Shown here piece after piece: positions 18,476 through 27,508 of a DNA stretch of 56,042 nucleotides. The DNA comes from Polyangiales bacterium (GTDB lineage Bacteria; Myxococcota_A; Polyangia; Polyangiales; Ga0077539). The translations under genes and the position numbers were made by a program. The stretch lies in the NCBI GenBank assembly GCA_046351555.1, contig JAXLYI010000029.1, forward strand, positions 109,727 through 165,768, in the 5' to 3' direction. The notes beneath the pieces are model-generated. The model worked only from the letters and a program-made list of their open reading frames with translations, had not been told where the DNA came from and made no database searches. Position 1 is the first letter of the stretch; each line of letters opens with the position of its first letter.

Positions 18476-19229
18476 TCAGGGCCGCCCGGCCGGGTCGGGG
18501 CGGACGGAGAAGCCGCGCCCGAAAGCCATGCCGGGTGACGTTTCGATGCCGTTCGCGCTGGAGCCGGGGATGTTGCCGCGGAGGGGAACGGGGGCGGCGA
18601 GAAACGTCCCGCCGCGCGCGCCGGTGATGACCCCGGCGTGCACCGCCGCGGCGCAGACGCGGGACGGCAGGTCGTAGGGGTTCGTCCCCCGCGTGAAGCT
18701 GTTGAGGCGCTCGCCCGGCGGGCAGAACATCCGCAGCGGCTTGTGGAAGGGGCCCTGGAAGAAGCTCTCGCCGGTGTCCTCCCACTCCGCGCGCAGGGCG
18801 CCGGGCGGCGTCTCGACGCGCGGCGGACGCGGCGGGACGACACGCTCGGCCACCAGCCCCGGCGCGGGCCCGCCCTGCATCTCGAAGCCCCCCTCGCGGA
18901 TCGGGCCCACCCAGCCGAGGGAGCGCACGCCGTTGCGCACGGTCCCGTCGACGCCGCCCCCGACGAAGATGCCCGATTGCACCACGATGGTCACCGGCCC
19001 CCCCGCGCGGGTCACGCGCCCGGCGTGGAGCGCCGCGCCGCACACCGAGGACGCGTCGTCGTAGCGGTCGGTGCCGTAGATCGGCCCCGGCGACCCGCCG
19101 GGCGCGCAGGCGAAGGTGTAGACGCCGGGGCGGAGCGTGCGCGCGGTGAAGTTCCAGTCGATCGCCTCGGGGCCGGGCGGCCGCGGCGGCGGGTCGCGAC
19201 GCGAGGTGCAACCAAGCGCCAGCGCCATC
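18476..19229 (-). CDS. LCCL-domain lipoprotein (two LCCL-like modules)
   Basis: Signal MMALALGCTS. Two copies of the LCCL signature ...SSVCGAALHAG... / ...SRVCAAAVHAG... Confidence 0.6.
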
Positions 19230-19389
19230 ATCACGCGGCCGAAGCGGCCGATCGTCTCCCGCGTCACGGCGGCGACGCTATCACGCGAAGCGCCGCGGCG
19301 TGTTCGCCAGCGCGTCCTCTGGTATGGGTCACGACCTGCCATGAAGACACCGACGCCCTCGCTCGGCAGGTGCGCGCGGGCGGGGCGAC

Positions 19390-19690
19390 GTGCTCGACTG
19401 GCGCGGCCGGCGCGACCTCATCGACGGATTCGAAGCCGCCGACCTCCCCGCCGACGTCGCGCGCGCCCTCCTCGCCTACTGCGACCGGATCGGGGTCCAA
19501 TTCGCGGCCTTCGACCTCGTCGAGGACGCCGACGGCGTGTTGTGGTTCATCGAGGGCAACACCACGGCCTACTGCACCACTTCATCGAGCGGGCGACGGG
19601 ATTGCCCATCAGCGAAGCGATCGCCGACCTGCTCGTGGGTGCGCTTCCCCCGCGCCCCGCGCCGACGCGCGGAGCGCCGACGGGTTGAGC
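19390..19690 (+). pseudogene. C-terminal fragment of an ATP-grasp-like enzyme, frameshifted
   Basis: RDLIDGFEAADLPADVARALLAYCDRIGVQFAAFDLVEDADGVLWFIEGN in one frame continues as HHFIERATGLPISEAIADLLVGA in another. No N-terminal half present. Bracketed by ~70-bp direct repeats (19301-19370 / 19741-19810). Confidence 0.4.
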
Positions 19691-19780
19691 GGCGCCACCA
19701 GGCCGAGTCCCCACCGTCAAAGCGAGCGTCGCCCCGCGGCGTGTGCGCCCGCGCGTCCTCTGGTATGGGTCACGCCCTGC

Positions 19781-20555
19781 CATGAAGACACCGACGCCCT
19801 CGCTCGGCAGCGCGCTCTGGCTCCCGTGCGCCCTCGCGCTCGCGTGCAGTGGGGCGACGCCTCCTCGTCCGATCGTTCCCCTCGCCTCAGCGGTCGTCGC
19901 GCCCGAGCCCGACCCGGACGGCGACGGCCTCACCGGATCGAGTGACCGGTGCCCCGACGCGCCCGAAGACTGCGACGGCCACGACGACGCGGACGGTTGC
20001 CCCGACCCCGACGACGACCAGGACGGCGTCGCGGACGTGTGCGACGCATGCCCCGAGGAGCGGGGCGCCGCGCCGGACGGGTGCGCGCACCTCGTCATCG
20101 TGGAGCAGGCGCAGCTCCGCATCCTGCGGGGCGCCTGGTTCGCGCGCAGCAGCGCCGTCCTCACGCCGACGTCGCGCCTGCGGCTCGACGAGGTCGCGCA
20201 GGTGCTGGTGAACCAACCCCAGATCCGCCGCGTGGCCGTCGAGGGGCACGCCACGCGCGACGAGCGCGACCCCGGGCGCCTCTCGGCGCGGCGGGCCGGA
20301 GCCGTGCGGGACTACCTCGTCGCGCGCGGGGTCGACGCAGCGAGGTTGGAGACGCAAGCGCTCGCGGACACGCGCCCCGTCGCCGCGCCCAACGAGACGC
20401 ACGCCGCCGAGCGGAACCGCCGCGTGGACTTCCGCGTGCTCGACGTGGAGGAGCCAGCGCCGCACTCGTCACACCCGCGCGTGGTAGTGCCGGTGGGCTG
20501 CCCCGACCACCCGCCGCCGCCGGCCCGCGGGCCGTGCCGTCCGCCGCCGACCTGA
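19781..20555 (+). CDS. OmpA-family lipoprotein with thrombospondin type-3 Ca-binding repeats
   Basis: Signal MKTPTPSLGSALWLPCALALACSG. DxDxDG repeats: DPDGDGL, DADGCPDPDDDQDGVAD. OmpA C-domain signature FARSSAVLTPTSRLRLDEVAQVL...VEGHATRDERDP...SARRAGAVRDYL...NRRVDFRVL. Confidence 0.8.
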
Positions 20556-20707
20556 AGCCCGTGCCATCGGTGCCAGCGGCACGGTCACGCCACCGCGCGC
20601 GAGGCACGACGCTCCTCCGCGGATTCCGCGCGAAGTCAGGCGTCTTCGCGCGCTGGCATGCGTGCTGCTCGAGGGAGACACGCAACCCCTCCCCAAGGAG
20701 ACACGCC

Positions 20708-20860
20708 ATGAAGAACGAGAAGCAGATCGAGACCGTCGCCGCCGAGACCGCCGCCCCCGCGAGCGTGACGCCCTTCTTCGCCCGCGCCCGCGCGCTCGGC
20801 CTCCCGCGGCTGCAGACGCACGTCAAGGCGGGCCGCAAGCAGGAGGAGTCCGAGAAGTAG
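20708..20860 (+). CDS. small ORF (50 aa) with strong RBS; candidate precursor/partner peptide of the downstream oxygenase
   Basis: AAGGAG sits 7 nt upstream of ATG. High-GC3 codon usage. MKNEKQIETVAAETAAPASVTPFFARARALGLPRLQTHVKAGRKQEESEK, no Cys. Confidence 0.4.
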   Translation: MKNEKQIETVAAETAAPASVTPFFARARALGLPRLQTHVKAGRKQEESEK

Positions 20861-20905
20861 CCCGCTTCCACGCTCGACCCCACCCACGACGTCGACGGTG
20901 CACCG

Positions 20906-21592
<687 letters not shown>

Positions 21593-21664
21593 CGGGCCCT
21601 GCCGGAGTGAAACATGTGCGTGACGGGCACCCTCCCCCGCATCCGCCGTGATAGACGATTCTCC

Positions 21665-23500
21665 ATGTCTTCCTCCGCCACGCTGCGTTTGTCGGTCGTC
21701 GCTTCGCTCTTCGTCCTGGGGTGCAGCGAGTCCCCGCAACCCGCGGCGCCCGAGGCCGGCTGCGCGGGGGCGGCCTGTGACGCGGGCGACGCGGGCGACG
21801 ACCTCGCCTCCTTCGACGGTCCCACCTTCGACATCCCCGACGTCGCGGTCGGTGACGGCGCGCCCGCGGGCGACGTCAGCCCGACCGACGCGTCGGACGT
21901 CGCTGCGGCCGACGCGCCCGCGGGCGACGCGGCGGTGGCGGACGTCGCGCCGCCGCCCTGCCCGCTCTATCAAGCGCGCTGCAACGGCGCGTGCGTCGAC
22001 GTGAGCGGCGACCCGGCCAACTGCGGCTCGTGCGGCGCAACCTGCCCGGCGGGGCGCGTGTGCGTGGCGGGGGCGTGCGCGCAGGCGTGCCCCGGCGGGC
22101 TGACCGCGTGCGGGGGACGCTGCGTCGACGCGCAGAGCGACAGCGCCCACTGCGGCGCGTGCGGGGCCCGCTGCGACGCGGGGATGGGCTGCGTGGCGGG
22201 GCGCTGCGCGCGGCAGGTGTTCACCGACCCGAGCGGGGCGCCGTGCGCGGGCGGCGGCGCGCCGGTGGAGCTCGGGGGCGGGCGGTGCGCGGGCGCGGTG
22301 GCGGAGACGTCGTTCCGCTGGGCGATCTGCTCGTGCTCCGACCTGCGGATGACGACGCCGCTGGTCACCGACGGCTTCGACAGCACGGGCGGCGGGTACG
22401 CGCCCGGCGGCGTCGGGGCGGGCGTCGGCGTCAACGCGACCTTCTCCAACACCAACACCACGGACGTCGGCGGCGCGCTGTGGGTCGGGGGCGCGCAGGC
22501 GTGGGGCATCTCGGCGCCGCAGCGCGTGCGGCAGGTGCTCAAGCTCAACGCGTCGTTCCTGGCCAACAACGGGCTGACGGTGGGGGGCGACGCGTACGTC
22601 AACGGCGACGCGCGCGGCAACGTGCCGGTGGCCATCACCGAGACGCTCCACGTCCCCGCCGGCGCGACCGTCGACCCGATGGTGAGCTACCGCCGCGTGG
22701 CGCGCGAGCCCGTGACGGTGGAGCCCCCGTGCGACTGCTCACCCGCGACGCTCGTCCCCGTCGCCGCGCTCGTCGCGGAGGGGCGGACGCGCAACGACAA
22801 CGCCCGCATCGGCCTCGACAGCGAGGCGCTGGTGACGCCCGGCACCGACCGCCGCCTCGACCTGCCCTGCGGGCGCTACTACATCTCGAGCATCGGCAAC
22901 CCGGGCTCGGTGACGATCGTCGCGCACGGGCGGACGGCCCTCTTCATCGGCGGCGACGTGGCGGTGACGGCGCCGATCGCGATCACCCTCGACGAGGGGG
23001 CCGAGCTCGACCTGGTGATCGGCGGGTCGTTCCGCGCGACGTCGACGGTGGCGCTCGGGTCGCCGGCGCGGCCTGCGCTCACGCGCGTGTACATCGCCGG
23101 GGCGGAGGGCTTCCGCGCGACGGGGACCACCACCGTGGGCGGCAACCTCTACCTGCCCGGCGGGACGTTCGACATCACCACGCCGCTCGAGGTGTGGGGG
23201 AGCGTCTTCGCGGGGAGCTTCCGCTCGACCAACACCGTCTCCGTCCACTACGACCGCGGCGTGCTGCGCGCGGGCGACACCTGCCGCAACCCGCCGCCCA
23301 CGCCCGGCGCCGACGCGGGCGCGCCCGACGGGGGCGGTACGGACGCGGGTGGCGACGGCGGGACCCCGGCCTGCACGAGCTGCCGCGACTGCGCCAACCA
23401 GGCCTGCGTCGGCGGCCGCTGCGGCGCGTGCCGCGGCGACGGCGACTGCTGCGCGCCGCTCCAGTGCTGGATGGGCCGCTGCGTCGTCATCCCGGGCTGA
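21665..23500 (+). CDS. secreted Cys-rich repeat lipoprotein (myxobacterial-type CxxCGxCGxxC repeats at both ends)
   Basis: Signal MSSSATLRLSVVASLFVLGCSE. Repeats ACVDVSGDPANCGSCGATCPAGRVCVAGAC and similar. Confidence 0.65.
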   Translation: MSSSATLRLSVVASLFVLGCSESPQPAAPEAGCAGAACDAGDAGDDLASFDGPTFDIPDVAVGDGAPAGDVSPTDASDVAAADAPAGDAAVADVAPPPCPLYQARCNGACVDVSGDPANCGSCGATCPAGRVCVAGACAQACPGGLTACGGRCVDAQSDSAHCGACGARCDAGMGCVAGRCARQVFTDPSGAPCAGGGAPVELGGGRCAGAVAETSFRWAICSCSDLRMTTPLVTDGFDSTGGGYAPGGVGAGVGVNATFSNTNTTDVGGALWVGGAQAWGISAPQRVRQVLKLNASFLANNGLTVGGDAYVNGDARGNVPVAITETLHVPAGATVDPMVSYRRVAREPVTVEPPCDCSPATLVPVAALVAEGRTRNDNARIGLDSEALVTPGTDRRLDLPCGRYYISSIGNPGSVTIVAHGRTALFIGGDVAVTAPIAITLDEGAELDLVIGGSFRATSTVALGSPARPALTRVYIAGAEGFRATGTTTVGGNLYLPGGTFDITTPLEVWGSVFAGSFRSTNTVSVHYDRGVLRAGDTCRNPPPTPGADAGAPDGGGTDAGGDGGTPACTSCRDCANQACVGGRCGACRGDGDCCAPLQCWMGRCVVIPG

Positions 23501-23504
23501 CCCT

Positions 23505-24722
23505 TCACTGCATGAGGCGCCGGAGCAGCGCGAGCTTGCGCGCGTTGGGCGTGCGCCAGTCGTCCTGGAGCACGCCCCCGGTGTCGCCGGCGTTGGCGTT
23601 GAGCGCCCAGTAGAAGAAGCCGCGGAGGTCGCGGGCGGCCATCCACCCGACGACGGCGTCCTGCCACGCGACGTCGCCGGCCGCGCGCGCGTCGTCGTAC
23701 CACCCGCAGAACTCACCGATGAGCACGTTGTGCCCGGCGGCGTGGAGGTGGCCGAAGTGGCGCTCCCAGATGGCGGGCATGTTGCGCGGGAAGTCGGCGG
23801 CGTCGAAGTAGGGCATCCGCGCGACGCTCGGGCCGTAGACGTGCGGGGAGTACACGAGGCGCTCGCGCGGGAGGCCGACGGGCTGGGCGGCGGCCTCGGT
23901 GAGGTTCTCGCCCCAGAAGACGCTCTGGCCGCCGTTGTCGGAGGCGTTGCCGACGCCCTCGACGAACACCAGCACGCGCGGGTTGCGGCAGAGCACGGCC
24001 TCGCCGCCGGCCTGCGCGAGCTCGCGCCACTCCGACCAGCGGAGGGCGTGGGGCTCGTTGCAGAGGTCAACGCCGAGCACGACGGGCTGGTACGCCTCGG
24101 CGAGCGCGGCGAGCTCGCGGAGGTCGGCGAGCCACTGCGCGCGGTCGTAGCCGGCGCACGCGATTGGCGAGCCCGGGAGCGAGCCCCCGAGGCGCGAGGC
24201 GTCGCAGATGTGGAAGTCGAGGAGCACGCGCATGCCGCGCGACCGGCAGTGCCCGAGGAGGGCCTCGAGCTGCTCGCGGCCGGTGTCGATGGACCCGCGG
24301 TTGGCCCAGCCCGCGGAGGCGTTGCCGGGCCGGATGCTCGACGGCGAGAGCGGCACGCGCAGCGCGGTGAACCCGAGCGAGAGCGCCTGGTCGACGAACT
24401 CCTCCATCGGCCGCGCCCACAGCCCGTGCGGCGCGCGGTCGGGCGTCTCCAGGCCGAACCAGTTGAGCCCCCACACGGGCACCGTCCGGTCGCCGTAGTA
24501 GACGCGCGACCCCTCGGCGCGCCACGAGCCCTCGCGCGGCACGCGCTGGCCGCAGACCGTCACCTCGCCCGACGCGCCGTCGGTGGGCGCGACGTCGGTG
24601 GCTGCGACGTCGGCGAAGGCATCGTCGGGGGCCGCGACGTCGAGCGGGACGTCCGCGGGCGGGCCCGCCGAGGCGCCGCAGGCGGTCGCGAGCACGGCCA
24701 GCGCGAAGAGGGCGCTTCTCAT
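23505..24722 (-). CDS. glycoside hydrolase family 5 (endoglucanase-like) lipoprotein
   Basis: Signal MRSALFALAVLATACG. Catalytic motifs LCNEPH (acid/base) and GEFCGW (nucleophile region). Confidence 0.8.
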   Translation of the reverse strand: MRSALFALAVLATACGASAGPPADVPLDVAAPDDAFADVAATDVAPTDGASGEVTVCGQRVPREGSWRAEGSRVYYGDRTVPVWGLNWFGLETPDRAPHGLWARPMEEFVDQALSLGFTALRVPLSPSSIRPGNASAGWANRGSIDTGREQLEALLGHCRSRGMRVLLDFHICDASRLGGSLPGSPIACAGYDRAQWLADLRELAALAEAYQPVVLGVDLCNEPHALRWSEWRELAQAGGEAVLCRNPRVLVFVEGVGNASDNGGQSVFWGENLTEAAAQPVGLPRERLVYSPHVYGPSVARMPYFDAADFPRNMPAIWERHFGHLHAAGHNVLIGEFCGWYDDARAAGDVAWQDAVVGWMAARDLRGFFYWALNANAGDTGGVLQDDWRTPNARKLALLRRLMQ

Positions 24723-24783
24723 GGGCCGCGATGATCGCACGGGGGCGCTGCGTTCGCGGGCGCCGTTCGACGTCCCGCGGCGC

Positions 24784-25581
24784 TCACGGCACGAACGCGA
24801 AGCCCTCCAGCGCGTCGAGGAACGCATCCGGGAGCCCCGCCCGCTTGCGCGCCGCGCGGTCGAGCGACGGGCCCTTCATCAGCCACGGGCTCAACGGCGG
24901 CGGCAGGTGCTCGGCCCACAGCTCGAACCCGTCGCCGCCCGTGAAGCGCTTGAACCAGTGGAGCCCGAAGCGCACGTGCGGGAGTTCTTCTTCGCCCACC
25001 TGCTCGACGCGGCGGGCCGCCTCGGGGTCGCCCGCGCTGCGCAGGCGCGACGCGAAGCGGGCGCAGTGGTCGAGGTTGGCGGCTTCGAAGCCCATCCCCA
25101 TCGTCGCGACGAAATGCGCGGGCGTCGCCGCCGCCGGCACCCGCTGCCAGAACCAGTCGCGCACCGGCCACGACCCGAACGGGTGCCCGAGCGCGGCCAT
25201 GTGCTCCGCGTAGAGCGCCATGTGCCGCACCTCGTCTTCGAACACCGTCACCAGGCCCCGGCGAAACGCGGCCGGCGCGTCGGGGAAGGCGAGCAGCGCC
25301 CACGCCATCAGCTCCGCGGCCTGGAGCTCGTGGTGGATGAAGGTGTGAAAGAGCCGCGCGCGCTCCGACGCGTTGCGCAGCCCACCCGCGGAGGGAGAAG
25401 CGTCCGCGCGCGCCTGCACGGAGAGCCCCGGGCGCGACGGAGTGTTCACGCGTCGCGCGGGCGCGGCGGCTTCGGTGACGTCGGGCGCGGCGGGCGGCGC
25501 GAGCTTGTGGGCGAGGGTGTCGGCGTGGAGGTAGTCCCAGGCCCAGCGCTCGAGGGTGCCCTCGGGCGGCGCGAGGGTCAC
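24784..25581 (-). CDS. ferritin-like DUF455 family protein
   Basis: ~265 aa with HHELQAAELMAWALLAF...EDEVRHMALYAEHM. GTG start overlapping the upstream stop (GTGA). Confidence 0.7.
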   Translation of the reverse strand: MTLAPPEGTLERWAWDYLHADTLAHKLAPPAAPDVTEAAAPARRVNTPSRPGLSVQARADASPSAGGLRNASERARLFHTFIHHELQAAELMAWALLAFPDAPAAFRRGLVTVFEDEVRHMALYAEHMAALGHPFGSWPVRDWFWQRVPAAATPAHFVATMGMGFEAANLDHCARFASRLRSAGDPEAARRVEQVGEEELPHVRFGLHWFKRFTGGDGFELWAEHLPPPLSPWLMKGPSLDRAARKRAGLPDAFLDALEGFAFVP

Positions 25582-27203
25582 GGCGGGGCGCCGGCGCAGC
25601 GGCCGTTGACGCAGGTCTCGCCCGCGGGGCAGTTGCGGTCCATCGTGCAGTCCATGCGGCGGACGACCTCGACCCACTGCGGGATGTGGTTGCTGTCGTC
25701 GATGTTCTGGAAGGGGAGCCAGAACGCGGGCGAGGTCGGGTCCATCGCGGCGCCGCGCGGGCGGAAGGCGGCCATCCAGAGCTGCGCGCGGCGCTGCGAG
25801 CCCTGGCGGAGGCGCAGCCCGTAGTCGCGCGTGGAGGAGAACGTGATCCAGAGGAGGGGCTCTTCGAGCTCGCCGACGTAGCGCTCGACGAAGGGGGTCC
25901 ACTTGGGCCAGGAGTTGTTCCAGGTGGCGTCGCGGCCGTTGGCGTTGGTGAGGGCGATGGGCTGGCCCGAGCCGTCGGCGCGCACGGCCCAGAGCGCCGC
26001 GTCGGGCGCGTTGTTGGAGTTGGCCGTGGCGCGGTTGAAGAGCACCCACTGCCCGTCGGGCGAGTAGCTCGGGTAGTAGTTGTTCTCGCCCATCGACTCG
26101 ACGAGCGTGCGCGAGGGGCCGAAGGTGCTGACGTTCCAGTTCATCACCATCAGGTCGGAGGGGCCGTCGTGGCCGGGCGTGCCGATGGGGAAGGGGATGG
26201 TGGCGCGCGAGCGCGAGTACACCGCGGAGAGCCCGTTGGGGGCCCAGTCGGGGTGCGAGCCCGCCGAGCCCGCGGGGACGCCGCCCATCGGCGCGCCCGT
26301 CTCGCCGTCGTAGAGCGCGAGGCGCATCCCGTCCGACGCGAGGAAGCGCCGGTTGTCGGGCGAGAACGACCCGAAGTTGAGCGCCATCGCCGCGCCCGGC
26401 CGCTCGCGCGTCGCCACGTCGATGATGCGCGCCCGCGCGGGCCCCGGGATCGACGAGCCCGCCACCATCCGCCGCCCGTCGCGCGAGAGCGCGTGGCACC
26501 CGACGCACAGCGGCAGGTCGGCGTCGGCGCGGAGGAAGACCTCGGGCCGCGGGTTCATCCCGCCGAACTCGTAGCGAACGATCGTGGCCGACCCGGCGGC
26601 CCAGTAGTACACGCCCGCGCGCAGGTCGGTCTGCGTGAAGCCGAGGAAGCGCTCCGCCGACCGCGCCACCGCGCCGCCCATCGCGGTGCGTGACGTGCCG
26701 CGGATCACCATGCGCACGCCGCCGCCCGAGCGCCCCGCGTTCGCGATGAGGTCGAAGGTCTCCTGCGGGAAGGTGAGCGCGCAGCCGCCGCCGACGACGG
26801 TGCACACCGCGTAGACCTTCACGATCACCGCGTCGCCCGTGAAGGACACTTCGAAGAGGTCGTTGCCCTGCCCCGCCGTGTAGTGGAGCTCGAAGCCGGT
26901 GAGGTTGGGCGGGACGATGGTGCGGTCCTCCGGGTAGACCCAGGTCGGCGCGTTGGCCATCGTCTCGCTGCCGCCGAAGCGCATCGGCGCGTCCATCGGC
27001 GCGCCCGCCGCGATCACCGTTCGAACGGTTCGAACGGGCTCCGGACGGTCGGGCGTCGGGGCGACGTCCTGCGGGCGGTCGAGGGAGACCGCGTCGCGCG
27101 ACACGTCCTCGAGCAGCCCCGCGTCCGCGTTGCCCGTGTCGGTCTCGATGATTCGCGTCGGGCTGTTCGAACAGCCGAGGGCCACCGCCACAAGAGAAGC
27201 CAT
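25578..27203 (-). CDS. WD40-like/TolB-type beta-propeller lipoprotein with a Cys-rich C-terminus
   Basis: Signal MASLVAVALGCSNS. PD40-like repeats SFSPDNRRFLASDG, HPDWAPNGLSAVY, YPSYSPDGQWVLF. C-terminal DCTMDRNCPAGETCVNGRC. Confidence 0.7.
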   Translation of the reverse strand: MASLVAVALGCSNSPTRIIETDTGNADAGLLEDVSRDAVSLDRPQDVAPTPDRPEPVRTVRTVIAAGAPMDAPMRFGGSETMANAPTWVYPEDRTIVPPNLTGFELHYTAGQGNDLFEVSFTGDAVIVKVYAVCTVVGGGCALTFPQETFDLIANAGRSGGGVRMVIRGTSRTAMGGAVARSAERFLGFTQTDLRAGVYYWAAGSATIVRYEFGGMNPRPEVFLRADADLPLCVGCHALSRDGRRMVAGSSIPGPARARIIDVATRERPGAAMALNFGSFSPDNRRFLASDGMRLALYDGETGAPMGGVPAGSAGSHPDWAPNGLSAVYSRSRATIPFPIGTPGHDGPSDLMVMNWNVSTFGPSRTLVESMGENNYYPSYSPDGQWVLFNRATANSNNAPDAALWAVRADGSGQPIALTNANGRDATWNNSWPKWTPFVERYVGELEEPLLWITFSSTRDYGLRLRQGSQRRAQLWMAAFRPRGAAMDPTSPAFWLPFQNIDDSNHIPQWVEVVRRMDCTMDRNCPAGETCVNGRCAGAPP

Positions 27204-27299
27204 CCACGTCGCGCGCGTCGTCACAGGGCGTCCGTTCCTTCCGTGCGCGGCGGATCTCACACCATTTGCCCCCCGCCCGTGAACCCTCCCGCGACGGGA

Positions 27300-27329
27300 T
27301 TGACACCCGCGGAAGCTCCGCGCTATAGC
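27300..27329 (+). promoter_or_regulatory. sigma-70-like promoter for tRNA-Cys (TTGACA-N18-TATAGC)
   Basis: ttgacacccgcggaagctccgcgctatagc lies ~30 nt upstream of the tRNA. Confidence 0.45.
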
Positions 27330-27361
27330 TTGCGCCCGTTCGATTCCCCCCGAACGTCACT

Positions 27362-27433
27362 GGTGCGGTAGCCAAGAGGCCAGGCCACGGTTTGCAAAAC
27401 CGTTATACGTGGGTTCAAATCCCATCCGCACCT
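27362..27433 (+). tRNA. tRNA-Cys (anticodon GCA)
   Basis: Acceptor stem GGTGCGG/CCGCACC. Anticodon stem ACGGT/ACCGT with loop TTGCAAA. T-arm GTGGG-TTCAAAT-CCCAT. Discriminator T; CCA not encoded. Confidence 0.75.
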
Positions 27434-27508
27434 CCCCTCCGTTCCCCTTGCTGCACGATGGCGTCCCGAGACGCCCGCAGCGTGGGGTGAGCGCCCGTCC
27501 CCACGACC

